Source: Wallemia ichthyophaga EXF-994 (taxonomy: Eukaryota > Fungi > Basidiomycota). Taken from it: 32,000 nucleotides of DNA. Location of the stretch: assembly GCF_000400465.1 (NCBI RefSeq), contig NW_008806275.1, positions 279,656-311,655 on the forward strand. Direction: 5' to 3'. Each line of letters starts with the position of its first letter. Position 1 is the first letter of the stretch. The notes beneath the pieces were generated by a model that worked only from the letters and a program-made list of their open reading frames with translations, searched no databases and was not told the DNA's origin. The position numbers and the translations under genes were made by a program. This document shows positions 1 to 10,929 of this stretch, piece by piece.

Positions 1-1330
1 CGCTGTTGCCGGTGCGAGCATTACCGCTGGATCGTAAGCCAGATTGGAGAGTGAGGAGGCTTGCGGGTTTGCGTCTGAGTTTGACACGTCTAGTGCGGAA
101 TCTGACACCCATCCACTCCCACTCCCATTCCCACTCACTTCCTTCTCTTCCATATTGATGTAGTGGTCCATTTCCAGTCGCAGGTAGGGCGGTATGGCGG
201 ACATGTACATGTCTTCTGGGTGTGTTGGGTGCGCGTAGTGCTTGCACTGCGTGTAGCTGCTCGATGGCTCTGACTGTAAGAATGAGGGTGGTGATGACAG
301 TGACTGTGAGTACGAGTGTGGATATGAACGTGAAGACGCCGATGCTGTGTCGCTGAATGTGAATGCTGGTAGCTGATTCTCACTCTCATCTATTTCTCGC
401 TTCACTTGTGCCTCGTCAAAGCTGAGATCAACCGCGAGAGTATTACCAGCGTGTAAGGTTGTTTTCTTGTCATCCTCATGGTTTCTGCTCGCCTCCTCTC
501 TCCTTCTAAGGCTGTTTCTACTTTTGGTTTGTGCGTTCGCTCTCCCGCGGCGTTGGCCGATGTAGCTAGTGTCCTGTTCGTTGTCGCTGTCATTCTTCTC
601 ATACATTTCCGTTTCCATCTCCTTTTCGCGCGCCACTTCTGCTTCTTGTTTCTCCCTAATAAGCTCCTCCAGCTCTCTGTGCGCGTCTGTCTCTTTCCTA
701 CGTGCGCTCTGCGCACCCCGCCCGCTCTTCACCGGCCGCTGTCCCCTCGCGGCGGACTTGGAGCGCACACCTCCACTCTCTTTCCTGCGCGGCTTGTATT
801 GGTATTCGGGATACATGAGCTTATGCTCCCGCTTCACCTGCTCAGATTTGGCGAGGTAGTGCTCGCGCACCTCCTCCGTCTCATTCAGCCAGCGCGCAGA
901 CAGATTTTTCGACAACTCCGTCTGTGACTCCCTCAGACACTGTGCCGGCTTCGCGGCCGCTTGCTCCTGTCTGTCGCAGTCGTGAGGTGTGACGTGTGCG
1001 TGTTGACATTTGCTACTCACTTGATCTTCGCTAGACTTTCCGACCGGTAGAGTATCCATGCACTGGTTGGGTGTGAGGCGATGCCGTGTGGTGCGCTGCT
1101 GCTCCAACTCACTTGGCTGGACGCGGCACTTTGGATTTGTTTCTTGATCTCGATTTCTTCGCCGGTTGTGGTGGGTTGATGTGGCTGTGGATGTGGATGT
1201 GTTTCGGATTCTCATTCTGACTCTGCCTCTGATCCAAAGACCCAACACAGATGAACTGTACATCTCCCTCCTTTATTTCGCTCATCTCGCTCATCGGTTT
1301 ATATTCTGAGACCTGTTCGCTTTCGAACAT
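1..1330 (-). CDS. HMG-box transcription factor (MATA_HMG/ROX1-like); 3' end near or beyond the left window edge
   Basis: Exons 1330-1113, 1062-1021 and 970 onward, with two 50-nt GTGAGT..CAG introns. Splicing gives KVPRPANAWILYRSESLAKIK...SQTELSKNLSARWLNETEEVREHYLAKSEQVKREHKLMYPEYQYKPRRK, a complete HMG box. The frame stays open to position 1, so it is missing from the ORF track. A further intron near 90-138 is possible. Confidence 0.9.
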
Positions 1331-1752
1331 ATGTAACACGTTGGAAGCCGTACTAAACGGTGACGACTAAGCTCCTTTTCGGCCATCGTTTTCAGTATTC
1401 ATCCGCGTTATCGCAATGTACCTTATTTGAGAGAACAATGACTTTTACGCATGGCTGACTAAGGCGGCCTAGCCGGTATCTTCTAAAACGAGTGAAACAC
1501 ACCATGCATGTCAATAAAAGTGCGCTGTATATTGTGATTTATTTATGCGCCATTTTGTTTCATTTTGAGGTGGATTAATCGATATTTCTCAATTTTTGCA
1601 CATGCAGGCACACCCCACCGCCTTGAGACAACCCTTTTTTGAGAGATGCATGACGAGTATTCAGATGGTGTGGAGGTGTGCGTAAGTGTAACGAGTTGTA
1701 AGGCTAGTACATCCTGGCTAATGCGTGTCGTGAGCGTGTCGAGTACACCTCT

Positions 1753-2427
1753 TTATACCCTCCTCAGGGCGATAAAGTGGTGATGTACCTCAGGTCTGTG
1801 CACCGCTCTACCATCTCCATCGCTTGATGTTGCATCTTGTGCGCGTATCGACCACCGCTTCTCAATCCGCCAGGCGGGGCACTCGGCAAGGACCTCGAAC
1901 CTGAATGGCGAGTAGGAGCAGAGTAACCACCATCCGCCGCATCTAACGACACGTGCTAGATTCAACGCAAGCGCATATACCGGACTATGGAGTGTCCCTG
2001 GGGAATCCGTAGTGGTCGAAATGGTCCAAGTGTCCTCAACCATGACATCTGCGCCGGTGCTCATCGAATCGGCACAGCACTTGTCAACGACAATGTCTAC
2101 GGGTGGTAGTATCTTCTCTAACTGGCGTGCGTCAAGAAGGTCTGCAGTGTGGTATATTTGGTGGTCTTCGCCGTTCAACTGTCTAGCCCGGTTTATGGCT
2201 TCAAGGGAGTAATCAATATTGTATATTTGAGCAGCACTGTTGATGCTGTGGATAGATTTCGATAGCCTGCTGTTCCCGCAACCGATATGTGCTATAGCTT
2301 TAGCGTGACTATCATCGATCCACGCAGCCGTCTGCTCAATGAACACATCCCCGCCTATCAACCACTCAAATTCATTCTCTTGCTTAAATCGCCTATCCCA
2401 ATACGAAGATTTCCAAAATTCTGTCAT
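1753..2427 (-). CDS. Class I SAM-dependent methyltransferase (EEF1AKMT4/METTL13 N-terminal-like)
   Basis: 224-aa ORF with FWKSSYWDRRFKQENEFEW, motif I HIGCGNS, acidic motif II NIDYS and VVDKCCAD. Confidence 0.85.
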   Translation of the reverse strand: MTEFWKSSYWDRRFKQENEFEWLIGGDVFIEQTAAWIDDSHAKAIAHIGCGNSRLSKSIHSINSAAQIYNIDYSLEAINRARQLNGEDHQIYHTADLLDARQLEKILPPVDIVVDKCCADSMSTGADVMVEDTWTISTTTDSPGTLHSPVYALALNLARVVRCGGWWLLCSYSPFRFEVLAECPAWRIEKRWSIRAQDATSSDGDGRAVHRPEVHHHFIALRRV

Positions 2428-2470
2428 TTTAACTCCTTCAACCGCGTCTGCAACGAGGAAGACGTGAAAA

Positions 2471-4337
2471 ATGGCAGAATCATTCGCTAAATTTGATCAT
2501 TTACTCGATAAGCGTTTACTGCGCTCACTCGCGGATATGGGATTCGCAACACCCACGCTCATACAAGCCAAAGCAGTCCCAATCGGCGTTGACGGCAAGG
2601 ATATTCTTGCTCGTGCAAAGACAGGATCTGGGAAAACGCTGGCGTATTTGCTGCCAATTGTTCAGAATCTACTCCGTGATAAGGAGAAAGAGAGCGAAGA
2701 TGTTCATAAACCTGCTTGCAGAGCTTTGATTTTGGTTCCTACGAGAGAATTGAGTGAACAGATAAGCTCACATCTTAAATCACTCGTTAAATATTCATCC
2801 AATGAAATATCTCATGTGAACCTCGCTGGGTCCGGAACAGACAACAAATTTCAACGTTTACTCCTCAGTGACAAACCTGATATAGTTATAAGCACGCCAT
2901 CGAGACTTATTGGTCATCTCCAATCAAAGGCTATTACCCTTGATAGCTTGAAATGCTTGACTATCGATGAGGCTGATTTGATTCTGTCGTACGGTCACGC
3001 AGATGACGTTAAGGCGCTACTTAAAGGTGGTTATCTGCCAAAAATCTACCAATCCTTCCTCATGTCTGCAACTATGACTAGTGATGTTGATAAATTGCGC
3101 GGAATGGTCCTCAGAAACCCTGCTATCCTAACTCTCAGAGACGACGAAGATGGCAGCAGCAACCTCAAACAATACTACGTAAAATGTCCAGAGAATGACA
3201 AATACCTCCTCACTTATGTTATACTCAAGCTCAAGCTGATCAAAGGAAAGGTTATCATGTTTGTCAATAGTGTTGAGAGAGGTTTCAAATTGAGGCTGTT
3301 CCTTGAGGCTTTCGGTATTAGAGCCGTTGTCCTGAATAGGGAGTTACCCATCAATTCACGTTTTCATATCGTTCAAGAATTTAACAAAGGAGTGTATGAT
3401 TACATGATTGCTACAGATGAGGCTGGTGCTTTCGATCAACAGGAGGAAGATGATGAGGAGAGCGATGAAAGTGAAGATGATGAAAACAGCTCATCAGACG
3501 AGGATGACGACGTGGACAAGGAGATTGACGCTGTGCTTTCTTCCGCAGATGAAGAAGATGCAGCTGTCGCCATTCCGTCAGCAGCTGCGCCTAAGAAACG
3601 CAAAAGAGAGAAAGGTAAAGAGAAAGAGGACAGCAAAGACACCAAGGAAAGTAAGAAAGCCAAAACTACCAAGAAGGGTGAAAAAGAGTTTGGTGTTTCT
3701 CGTGGTATTGATTTCGTCGATGTTGCATGCGTCGTCAACTTTGATTTACCAAAGAACATGTCGTCATATGTACACAGAGTTGGTAGGACTGCAAGAGCTG
3801 GTCGCACAGGTATCAGTTTGTCATTCGTCGTTGACAACGAGAAGAAGAGCAAGAGAAATGAGGAGAAATTTTGGAAGAGAATAGCTAAGAGACAGGAGAG
3901 CAAAGGAGGTGTGCATAACTGGGATTTTGATTGGAAACAAGTTGAAGGATTCAAGTATAGAGTTAGTGATGCACTCAGGATGGTGACACCACATGCTGTC
4001 AGAGAGGCTAGAGTGAAGGAGTTGAAGAATGAGATATTGAATAACGACAAGTTAAAGGTATGTTGAGTGGATATTTCACTAGACGTTCTAACAAAAAAAA
4101 AAGGCGCACTTTGAAGATAATCCAAATGATTATGAATTCTTAAAGCATGATAAGCCATTACATCCAATGAGACAGCAGCCACATCTCAAACATGTTCCTG
4201 GATACTTGATGCCACGTATAGCAGGAGTCAAGCAGCCAACGACACCGAATCTTAACCCAGACAAGATTGGATTTAACAAGCGTAACAAGAACAAGCAAAA
4301 GAAGAAGGATCCGCTTAAAAAGTTTTCTAGAAAGTAG
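2471..4337 (+). CDS. DBP9: ATP-dependent DEAD-box RNA helicase DBP9 (DDX56)
   Basis: Motifs AKTGSGKT, PTREL, DEAD, SAT and HRVGRTAR. Intron 4058-4103 (GTATGT..CTAAC..AAG) joins the DBP9-type tail AHFEDNPNDYEFLKHDKPLHP...HLKHVPGYLMP; stop at 4337. Confidence 0.93.
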
Positions 4338-4797
4338 ATGTACATGTAAAGATTTATTTTATCTGTAAATTCACATAAATAACTCAATTGCCAAGCGAAA
4401 TAGAATTCTTTGTCTGGAATGTCTTCGCGACTGAAGGGATATGCGGAGTGAATCAGATATGAATGCAGGTGAATATTCAAAGGAAAAGGCTAAAATTTAG
4501 TGCAAATGCTAAAGTTTAGTAGCAAATTCAAATAAAGAGTTATAATTCTGTTTGTTTTATTGAGATTTATTTTGAATGAAAATTTACAAGAAAAGAGCGA
4601 GAATTCTATTGGTTATGCAGAATGAAAAGCGTAGGCAGAGATGAATATGCATGCCAGTCCAAAGTTTGATCACCTACAATCACCAGAATATTAGCAGTCC
4701 TTTAATAAAAACCAAAACAAAACATCTTGTTAAATGTGAGTGTTTGAGGGTTATAAAGTGAATTGAAACTAATAAGATATCAAGCAGTTGGCCTTGA

Positions 4798-5958
4798 ATG
4801 TTTAGTGTACAATCACCGTCATCTTTTCATCAATCCTCAACCCAACATAATCATCAAAGTGATTTCACTATCAATCCATTCGATAGTATTCTCCCTCTAC
4901 ACGACGCGATACTTGACTTTAACGGGAATAAGATTTTCAATGATCTCGACTTTATCAATAATCTACCAAAGGCTGTGTCTCCAGTGACGACAACACCACT
5001 ACTCACACCTCAGCCGCATATACCACCGACTATAAACATACCAGCGCCAGAGCCTCGACCATCCACAAGTGAAGGTGTCGTTCGTAAGCCATTGGAAAGG
5101 TCAAACACTAATGTTAGACCAAACAACAAACACAATCAGACACTCAGTTTGAAGACACTTGATGGCAGAAGGGGTAGCAATCAACCAAAGACTAAAAGAC
5201 AGAGAAGACGACACGATGAGATTGAAAGGTTTTATCATTGTGGTTTCAATGGCTGCACAAAGTCTTATGGAACTCTGAATCATCTTAATGCACACGTGAT
5301 ATTTCAAAAACACGGTCCAAAAAGGTTACCAAGTGAATTCAAGGAAATACGTGAATACCAGAGAAACAGAAAAAAGGAAGAGTTGAAGCTGAAGAAGATG
5401 TTTGAAGATGAAGCTACGAGTGTTAGTGTTGGTGGTACATCTACCAATACACCATTAACAACGCCGTATGATGAGACGCTGCCAGCATTACCCAGCTCAG
5501 CACCACCAACACAAACATCATTCAGTGATAATGTTCAGGATATAAATCACGATGATCTGTTGATCAAGTTGAGCGAGAGTGGAGGAGTTGGATATGGTGA
5601 TGTGGGCGTGGGCGTCGGTGTAAGTGAATTAAATGGAGGTGATTTGGGTACAGGTGATATAAGTACAGGTGATGTAGGCATGCCATTCAGTGCACCAGTA
5701 ACCAAGACATCATTCTTTGGTGGAGAAGAGGTGAGCAACGATGATAATGACAATGGCATGGACTTCAGTGAAGCAATCGAGAGAAACCTGAGCACGCTCA
5801 CACTCCCTGAAAATCTTTCAGAAGCGTTAAGCTTGATGGACAGGCAATCTAGCAGTGTAAGCAGTGAAGATGAAACGGTCAGCACAGTTGATAACATGAT
5901 GACGCCATTGCCACTATCGCTCTCGGTTGATAACAACTTTATGAATATGATGAATTGA
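4798..5958 (+). CDS. CON7-like single C2H2 zinc-finger transcription factor
   Basis: RRRHDEIERFYHCGFNGCTKSYGTLNHLNAHVIFQKHGPKRLPSEFKEIR matches the fungal CON7-family finger; flanks are low complexity. Confidence 0.8.
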   Translation: MFSVQSPSSFHQSSTQHNHQSDFTINPFDSILPLHDAILDFNGNKIFNDLDFINNLPKAVSPVTTTPLLTPQPHIPPTINIPAPEPRPSTSEGVVRKPLERSNTNVRPNNKHNQTLSLKTLDGRRGSNQPKTKRQRRRHDEIERFYHCGFNGCTKSYGTLNHLNAHVIFQKHGPKRLPSEFKEIREYQRNRKKEELKLKKMFEDEATSVSVGGTSTNTPLTTPYDETLPALPSSAPPTQTSFSDNVQDINHDDLLIKLSESGGVGYGDVGVGVGVSELNGGDLGTGDISTGDVGMPFSAPVTKTSFFGGEEVSNDDNDNGMDFSEAIERNLSTLTLPENLSEALSLMDRQSSSVSSEDETVSTVDNMMTPLPLSLSVDNNFMNMMN

Positions 5959-6364
5959 AAAGAATGTTAATCTCATTGATAGCTTCTTCCTGATTGGATG
6001 AACCGTGAAAAGTGTTGCGCGTGTCTGTTAAGCCATATAGGGATCTTAGAGTGTGTGGCTGTGTGTACTTGGAAAGATAAACTTTATTTGGACCAATTAA
6101 GTTACGCCATTTCTGGATTGCGTCTTGGCCCGATAAGACATAGCAATGTATCGAACCTGAGGACATGGAGAGAAGGAGTCTTCGAAAGTAGAATTTGTTA
6201 GCGTGTTCATTATAAAACGCGTCAAGTTGAGCGTGAGTTGGATTGAAGTGTTTGTACTGGATGATATCCAAGCCTGAATTTCTCATGTGTTGCTCAATTT
6301 TGCTCAAAATTTGAGAATTAATGGAAATCGAAGGTTTTACGATGGCTAGCGTTGTTGAATGCAT
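5939..6364 (-). CDS. Nucleoside diphosphate kinase (NME6/group II-like)
   Basis: TTLAIVKP, FYNEHANKFYFRRL, WRNLIGP and TLRSLYGLTDTRNTFHGS (catalytic His in HGS). The first in-frame ATG is at 6364. Confidence 0.9.
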   Translation of the reverse strand: MHSTTLAIVKPSISINSQILSKIEQHMRNSGLDIIQYKHFNPTHAQLDAFYNEHANKFYFRRLLLSMSSGSIHCYVLSGQDAIQKWRNLIGPNKVYLSKYTQPHTLRSLYGLTDTRNTFHGSSNQEEAINEINILFNSSYS

Positions 6365-7761
6365 TATAAACAAGCGAATACACCTTTGCTTTCAACGTTG
6401 AGGATGAACCACGAGCAGCCCACGCTGAATAGGACAGGATCACTGCCAAATAAGCAATTTCATGTAAATTCGCTTAATGATATTGATCCACATCAATCTA
6501 TCGATGATCTTGAGAGGGAAATTGAATACACGAGGCTATCTAATCAGGGAATTAGACGCCATCAGTCTTTAACATATGGACATAAGAACTATCCAATCAA
6601 ATTAGAGCACTACGATCAGCCTAGCAGGCGCAATAACAAGAAACTAAACCTGATCACTGACTTTAACGACTTGTCCATCCCCGCACAACCTGCATCGGCA
6701 TCTGCTTACGTTCCTCCAATTGGACACAGCTCAGGCATGCACCAGCATCCTACGCATATACACCAACCACCGCCACCACCGCTCTCTGCCACTGCGGCTC
6801 TTTGGAACAACCAAGATAGACAGTCTGTGGTGGGTATGGCACCTTCTTCTCAATGGAGGTGTGTTCATTCGCATACCCTCGCTTTCTCTGCTTACATGCC
6901 TTTAGATTCGATCCTATCACTGGTCAACCTCTCACTCCTCCACCACCACCCCCCAAGAAATCCTTACACTCGAGACTACGCCAACAACATCAACCTATCA
7001 ACACCCCTCTCCCTCCTTCTCCTCCAGCCACCGACATTCATTCGATGATCGCAATGAACGGCTACAACCCAACTCAGTTCGATCTCAATCCAAAACACGC
7101 CAGATTTTTCGTCATCAAATCCTACACTGAAGACGACGTTCACAAATCTCTCAAGTACAACATTTGGGCTTCCACTGAACTCGGCAATCAGAGGTTGGAT
7201 AAAGCATTCAATGAGAGTGCCAATAAAGGTCCTATTTACCTCTTCTTCAGTGTAAACGCTTCTGGTCACTTTTGCGGTATGGCTCAGATGCTCACACACG
7301 TCGATTACGCCACTTCATCCTCTGTCTGGTCTCAGAATGATAAATGGAAGGGTGTCTTCAAACTCAGATGGATCTTCATTAAAGACATTCCAAATTCTAC
7401 TCTCAGACATATAAAACTACTCAACACGAATGAAAAGAAACCTGTGACTAACAGTAGAGACACTACCGAGCTGCTTGATGACGCCGGTAAAGAAATGCTA
7501 AATATCTTCTTCCAATTTAACTCTAGGACTAGTTTGTTACAAGACTTTGACTTTTATGAAATTCAGTCGATTCAAAAGGGCGGCAGCGGTGGCAGTGGTG
7601 GTGTCGGGGGTATTGGCGGTGTCAGTAGTGGAGTCAGTGTTGGCAGCGGTAGTAGTACAACCCCTACATTTAGCCCACCAAATCAACCACTTCATCCAGC
7701 TTATCAATTCCAGCCTTCAAACCCATACTCATTTGCTAATCTCGGTCAACAAGGATGGTGA
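6359..7761 (+). CDS. YTH-domain m6A-reader-type protein (YTHDF/Pho92-like)
   Basis: Intron 6859-6905 joins the two ORFs (QWR/FDPITG). YTH domain [26 protein letters not shown]...[15 protein letters not shown]...VTNSRDT. The start may be ATG 6359 or 6404. Confidence 0.9.
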
Positions 7762-7956
7762 TCTCTCTTTCTCTCTGTTCACATTACACTACATTTACTT
7801 ATAGACATAGCTCAAACTGCGATCCTTTAATCCTCTTGAATAGCTGAATATTGCTTATATTTCACTCCGTATCTCCACTGCTATACACTCTAATTTGCTA
7901 CTGTTAAGTATTATTGATAACATGAAACATATTATTTAAGACGGTATATAAATAAA

Positions 7957-9387
7957 TCAATCTGATTTTGCGTTGGGTTGGTTCCAGCTGAGCAGGCCAA
8001 GATCGCCCACTCGGCGTGGTCTAATGAGTTGCCTGAGGGTAAATACCATTCCTACAGCAACGCAGAAAGCTGCAATGGAAATATAAGCTATACCCAGAAA
8101 GTTATTTCTACCACCAGCCCATGTCACAGTAGTGAATACGATACTCTTCTTCCCACCAAATTGTTTCACGGGGTAATTCATATGTGCCGTCAATTCGTAA
8201 GTACCCGTTTCCATAACCTCGTCGTCATTCCTGAAGTACAGTTTCGCAAAGTCCGGGAAGGCAGCGGGACGCATCCACACCATGAAATGCTCATCTTGGG
8301 ACAAATGCGGCAGAGGGTGTTCGTTACTGTACACACCGCCCGGAAAGCGTTCTACCCAATTAGGTGGAGGCACATAAGGTTCGTTTCCTGGCGGAGCATT
8401 TTCTGGATATTCGTATTTCTTACCCTCGTGCGACCATGTAATACCTTTGTCAGTCATGTTGTAATTCCTATCCACATCCCCGCTAACGCCATTGAGCTGT
8501 CTGGGGAGTGTAAACGTGTCATTGAAGACGCTGTTCGCTATCAGCCCGCAAGGATAGATAGGCTTGTTATCTGCGGTCCGTCCGAGCGGCTTGCAGTCCC
8601 CGTCGTGCAGCTCCTTCGCGGTGCGGTACTGACCCTGGAACTGCTTCTGATCGAACGACTTGACATACCGCCGGTGATTCTGGTAGTATCTGTTCAGCTT
8701 GTAGTACATGAACACCCCTGGCTGCATATCGCCCGGCACGTCGTATCTGATTGTGCATCCGCGCCGCTCGAGTGGGTTCTCGGCGCTGTCATTCGCACTG
8801 TACTGCCAGCGCGGCGGCGCGGCCCCTTCAAATGTAGGATAGGAGTATGCCGTCGCTGGCATGTCCCCGAATGTACCATCGCGTGGTGCGAGTGTGTCGC
8901 AATCGGTGTACGTCAGCGTGAACTCGTGTACCTGTGCAACGTCAATAAAGATTCAACTTAGTCCGCACACTCTACCCACTCTATTCGAGTACGACAGCAG
9001 GACTGCACCGATAGGCGCAAAGATAAGGCCGATCAGGAAGAGCGTCGGCAGGACCTGCTTCGGTGTAAGGATGGGCTGCCATGCACGCAGCCGCTGCTGT
9101 TTGAATGCTGTGTCTGCAACGTGCGTCAGCGCTGGCCTTGGTCTTCGTTATGGGCTAGTAAGCCTTGACATACTCCCGGGCATACGCATCTTCTTCTTCT
9201 TGGGTTCTCCTCCTCCCGTTTCTTTGTTAGCTCCTCTTTCTCCATCATCTTCACCCTGCCTCTCGCCCGCTCCGCCGCGGTCGCCCTCGTCGGTCCCGCT
9301 TACTGCGTCCAACTCGTGCTCATTCTCATTCTCATTAGAATCGGTGTGCTTGTGTGCATTACGTGAGTGTCTGCGATGTAAAGTCAT
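7957..9387 (-). CDS. CDC50: CDC50/LEM3 family P4-ATPase (flippase) beta subunit
   Basis: Exons 9387-9174, 9113-8980 and 8931-7957 give [20 protein letters not shown], first [47 protein letters not shown] and [11 protein letters not shown]. Confidence 0.92.
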
Positions 9388-9698
9388 GCTTGTATCCTTT
9401 GCGCTCGCTATTTCCCGCCCCTCGCTTGCTGATCGCCGTTATCGCGAGAGCTGTAATGCACACTGCTGCGAAACCAGCTTACGTCAGCAAGTGGGATTTA
9501 AAATGAGCATATGGGTATGTGAGCTCAGAATTATTTAATGCACCACACATTTACAAACAAACACCTCTCCTTACCCCTTCCCACATGAATTGCTCCAGTG
9601 GATTGTTGGATATGAGTTTAGCAAATGGTATACAAAATGCCAAAACTGTTAAAAATATGCAGATAAAGTTAAAAGTCAGAAACTGACTGTACGAGTGC

Positions 9699-9704
9699 AA
9701 AAAA
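9699..9704 (-). terminator. RNA polymerase III terminator (T6)
   Basis: Six T residues immediately 3' of the tRNA discriminator base. Confidence 0.8.
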
Positions 9705-9785
9705 TGCGAGGTATGGGAATCGAACCCATAGCCTCTCGCTACCACTCATGGAAGGCGAGAATCATAACCATTAGACCAACCACGC
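9705..9785 (-). tRNA. tRNA-Gly (anticodon TCC) with 8-nt intron at 9741-9748
   Basis: GCGTGGTTGGTCTAATGGTTATGATTCTCGCCTTCCA[TGAGTGGT]AGCGAGAGGCTATGGGTTCGATTCCCATACCTCGCA has an A box, CTCGC/GCGAG anticodon stem, GTTCGA T loop and ATGGG/CCCAT T stem. Confidence 0.92.
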
Positions 9786-9835
9786 TTGATGGGGATTAAT
9801 AGTTTTATAATTTATATAAATGTCAAAACAAAATA

Positions 9836-10424
9836 TTTTCAACTACCCTTACCATGTTTGGAGAAGCTTTCTTATAATTTTGGCTGTTTTCGTCTGTGTA
9901 CTTTATCCGTGATTTCGATATTATCTTCTCATCTGATACCAAAAGAATTAGGGAGGATAAATATACACCAAGACTTAGATATACCTGCAATACTTAAAGC
10001 AAACCCTTATAAGTTAGCCGCTACGTCACAGCACAATTTCTGGGGAATGCAAGCATTGAGTATGAATAGGGGTAGACTTTTGGTATTAAATGAGTGTGAA
10101 ATTATTAAAAAGGGTTCCCGTTTAGTATTAGCGCTTTATCGTGCTGTTGATGGCCCATTGTCTAGTCAACTTTGGCTTGTTGTTCGACTTCTACTTTTGG
10201 TTGTCCATTGCCCCACCCCCTCCAACTTGTGTCTTGCGAGGTTTGGTATTACTCTAGGGACCTATAGGATAAGAGAAGTAGTTTTCAAACCACAGAGGGT
10301 GTAAGAGATAGCTACTTAGGAAGTAGACCTTCATCACTAGTCCCAATTCTTTGAAATGAACTAGCAAAATTATCGTGTTGACAGCCAATGAAGCAACCAA
10401 CAAGATAAAGCCAAGAAGATTCAT
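9836..10424 (-). pseudogene. Possible decayed gene for a secreted or membrane-anchored Cys-containing protein
   Basis: ATG 10424 opens a hydrophobic MNLLGFILLVASLAVNTIILLVH, preceded by a pyrimidine-rich acceptor. The downstream frame contains NACIPQKLCCDVAANL*GFALSIAGISKSWC with several TAA/TGA stops. The gene model is uncertain. Confidence 0.25.
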
Positions 10425-10929
10425 TCTGGTAGCGCTGTTGGCAGTTGACCTAAAAGAAGGAAAGGGCAGGGAGATGGTAAAGGATAAGGTACAATGTTAG
10501 AGAAGGTGTTTTGGTTATGGCTACAGCTTCACATTAAAATCACAGGAATGTAAGAGATCATAATAAAGTTGTACATATTACTCTGTGTCAATTTAGTTAG
10601 ATATTCAACTTGATATTGCTCTAGTTACATCTATTAGGAGCATATAAAACCATATGAGCGAGCTATGATGATGAAATTTGCACTCTATTCATACCCTACA
10701 TGTTGACCTCACTCTCGCAATCATATTGCTCAATAACTGGTACTCTGGTCGATAATGCGTGCATCTTCGTTGTAATAGCTTATTTTGAATGCTTCAAAAA
10801 ATAACCATTACGATAGTGCTATTTATAGCTTCAATATTGCAACAAAAGTGCAAAGCGCTTTGGTATCGCTCAGTGTTTCTGACAAACTGGTAGCGCAGCC
10901 ATACAACCCGTTTTAAAATGAAGAAATAC

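Noticed and set aside
135-927. ORFs 135-389, 402-716, 478-927 and 569-859
   Set aside because: Alternative-frame or antisense shadows of the HMG-box CDS.
1-1330. HMG-box gene plus a large inverted repeat as a possible mating-type locus
   Set aside because: No pheromone receptor, pheromone precursor or homeodomain gene is in the window, and HMG TFs are common.
3420-3690. Long acidic then Lys-rich low-complexity insert in DBP9
   Set aside because: Such inserts in the second RecA domain are usual for fungal DBP9; the antisense 248-aa ORF is its shadow.
5640-5676. 15-nt periodic GTACAGGTGAT repeat in the CON7-like gene, and (GAGAAT)n tracts near 9320 and 23415
   Set aside because: Short slippage repeats in low-complexity coding or intronic DNA.
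7978-9538. Long plus-strand ORFs of 327 and 225 aa
   Set aside because: Antisense to CDC50, with no motifs of their own.
9551-9745. 64-aa ORF MVARGYGFDSH...
   Set aside because: It is a translation of the tRNA 3' half.
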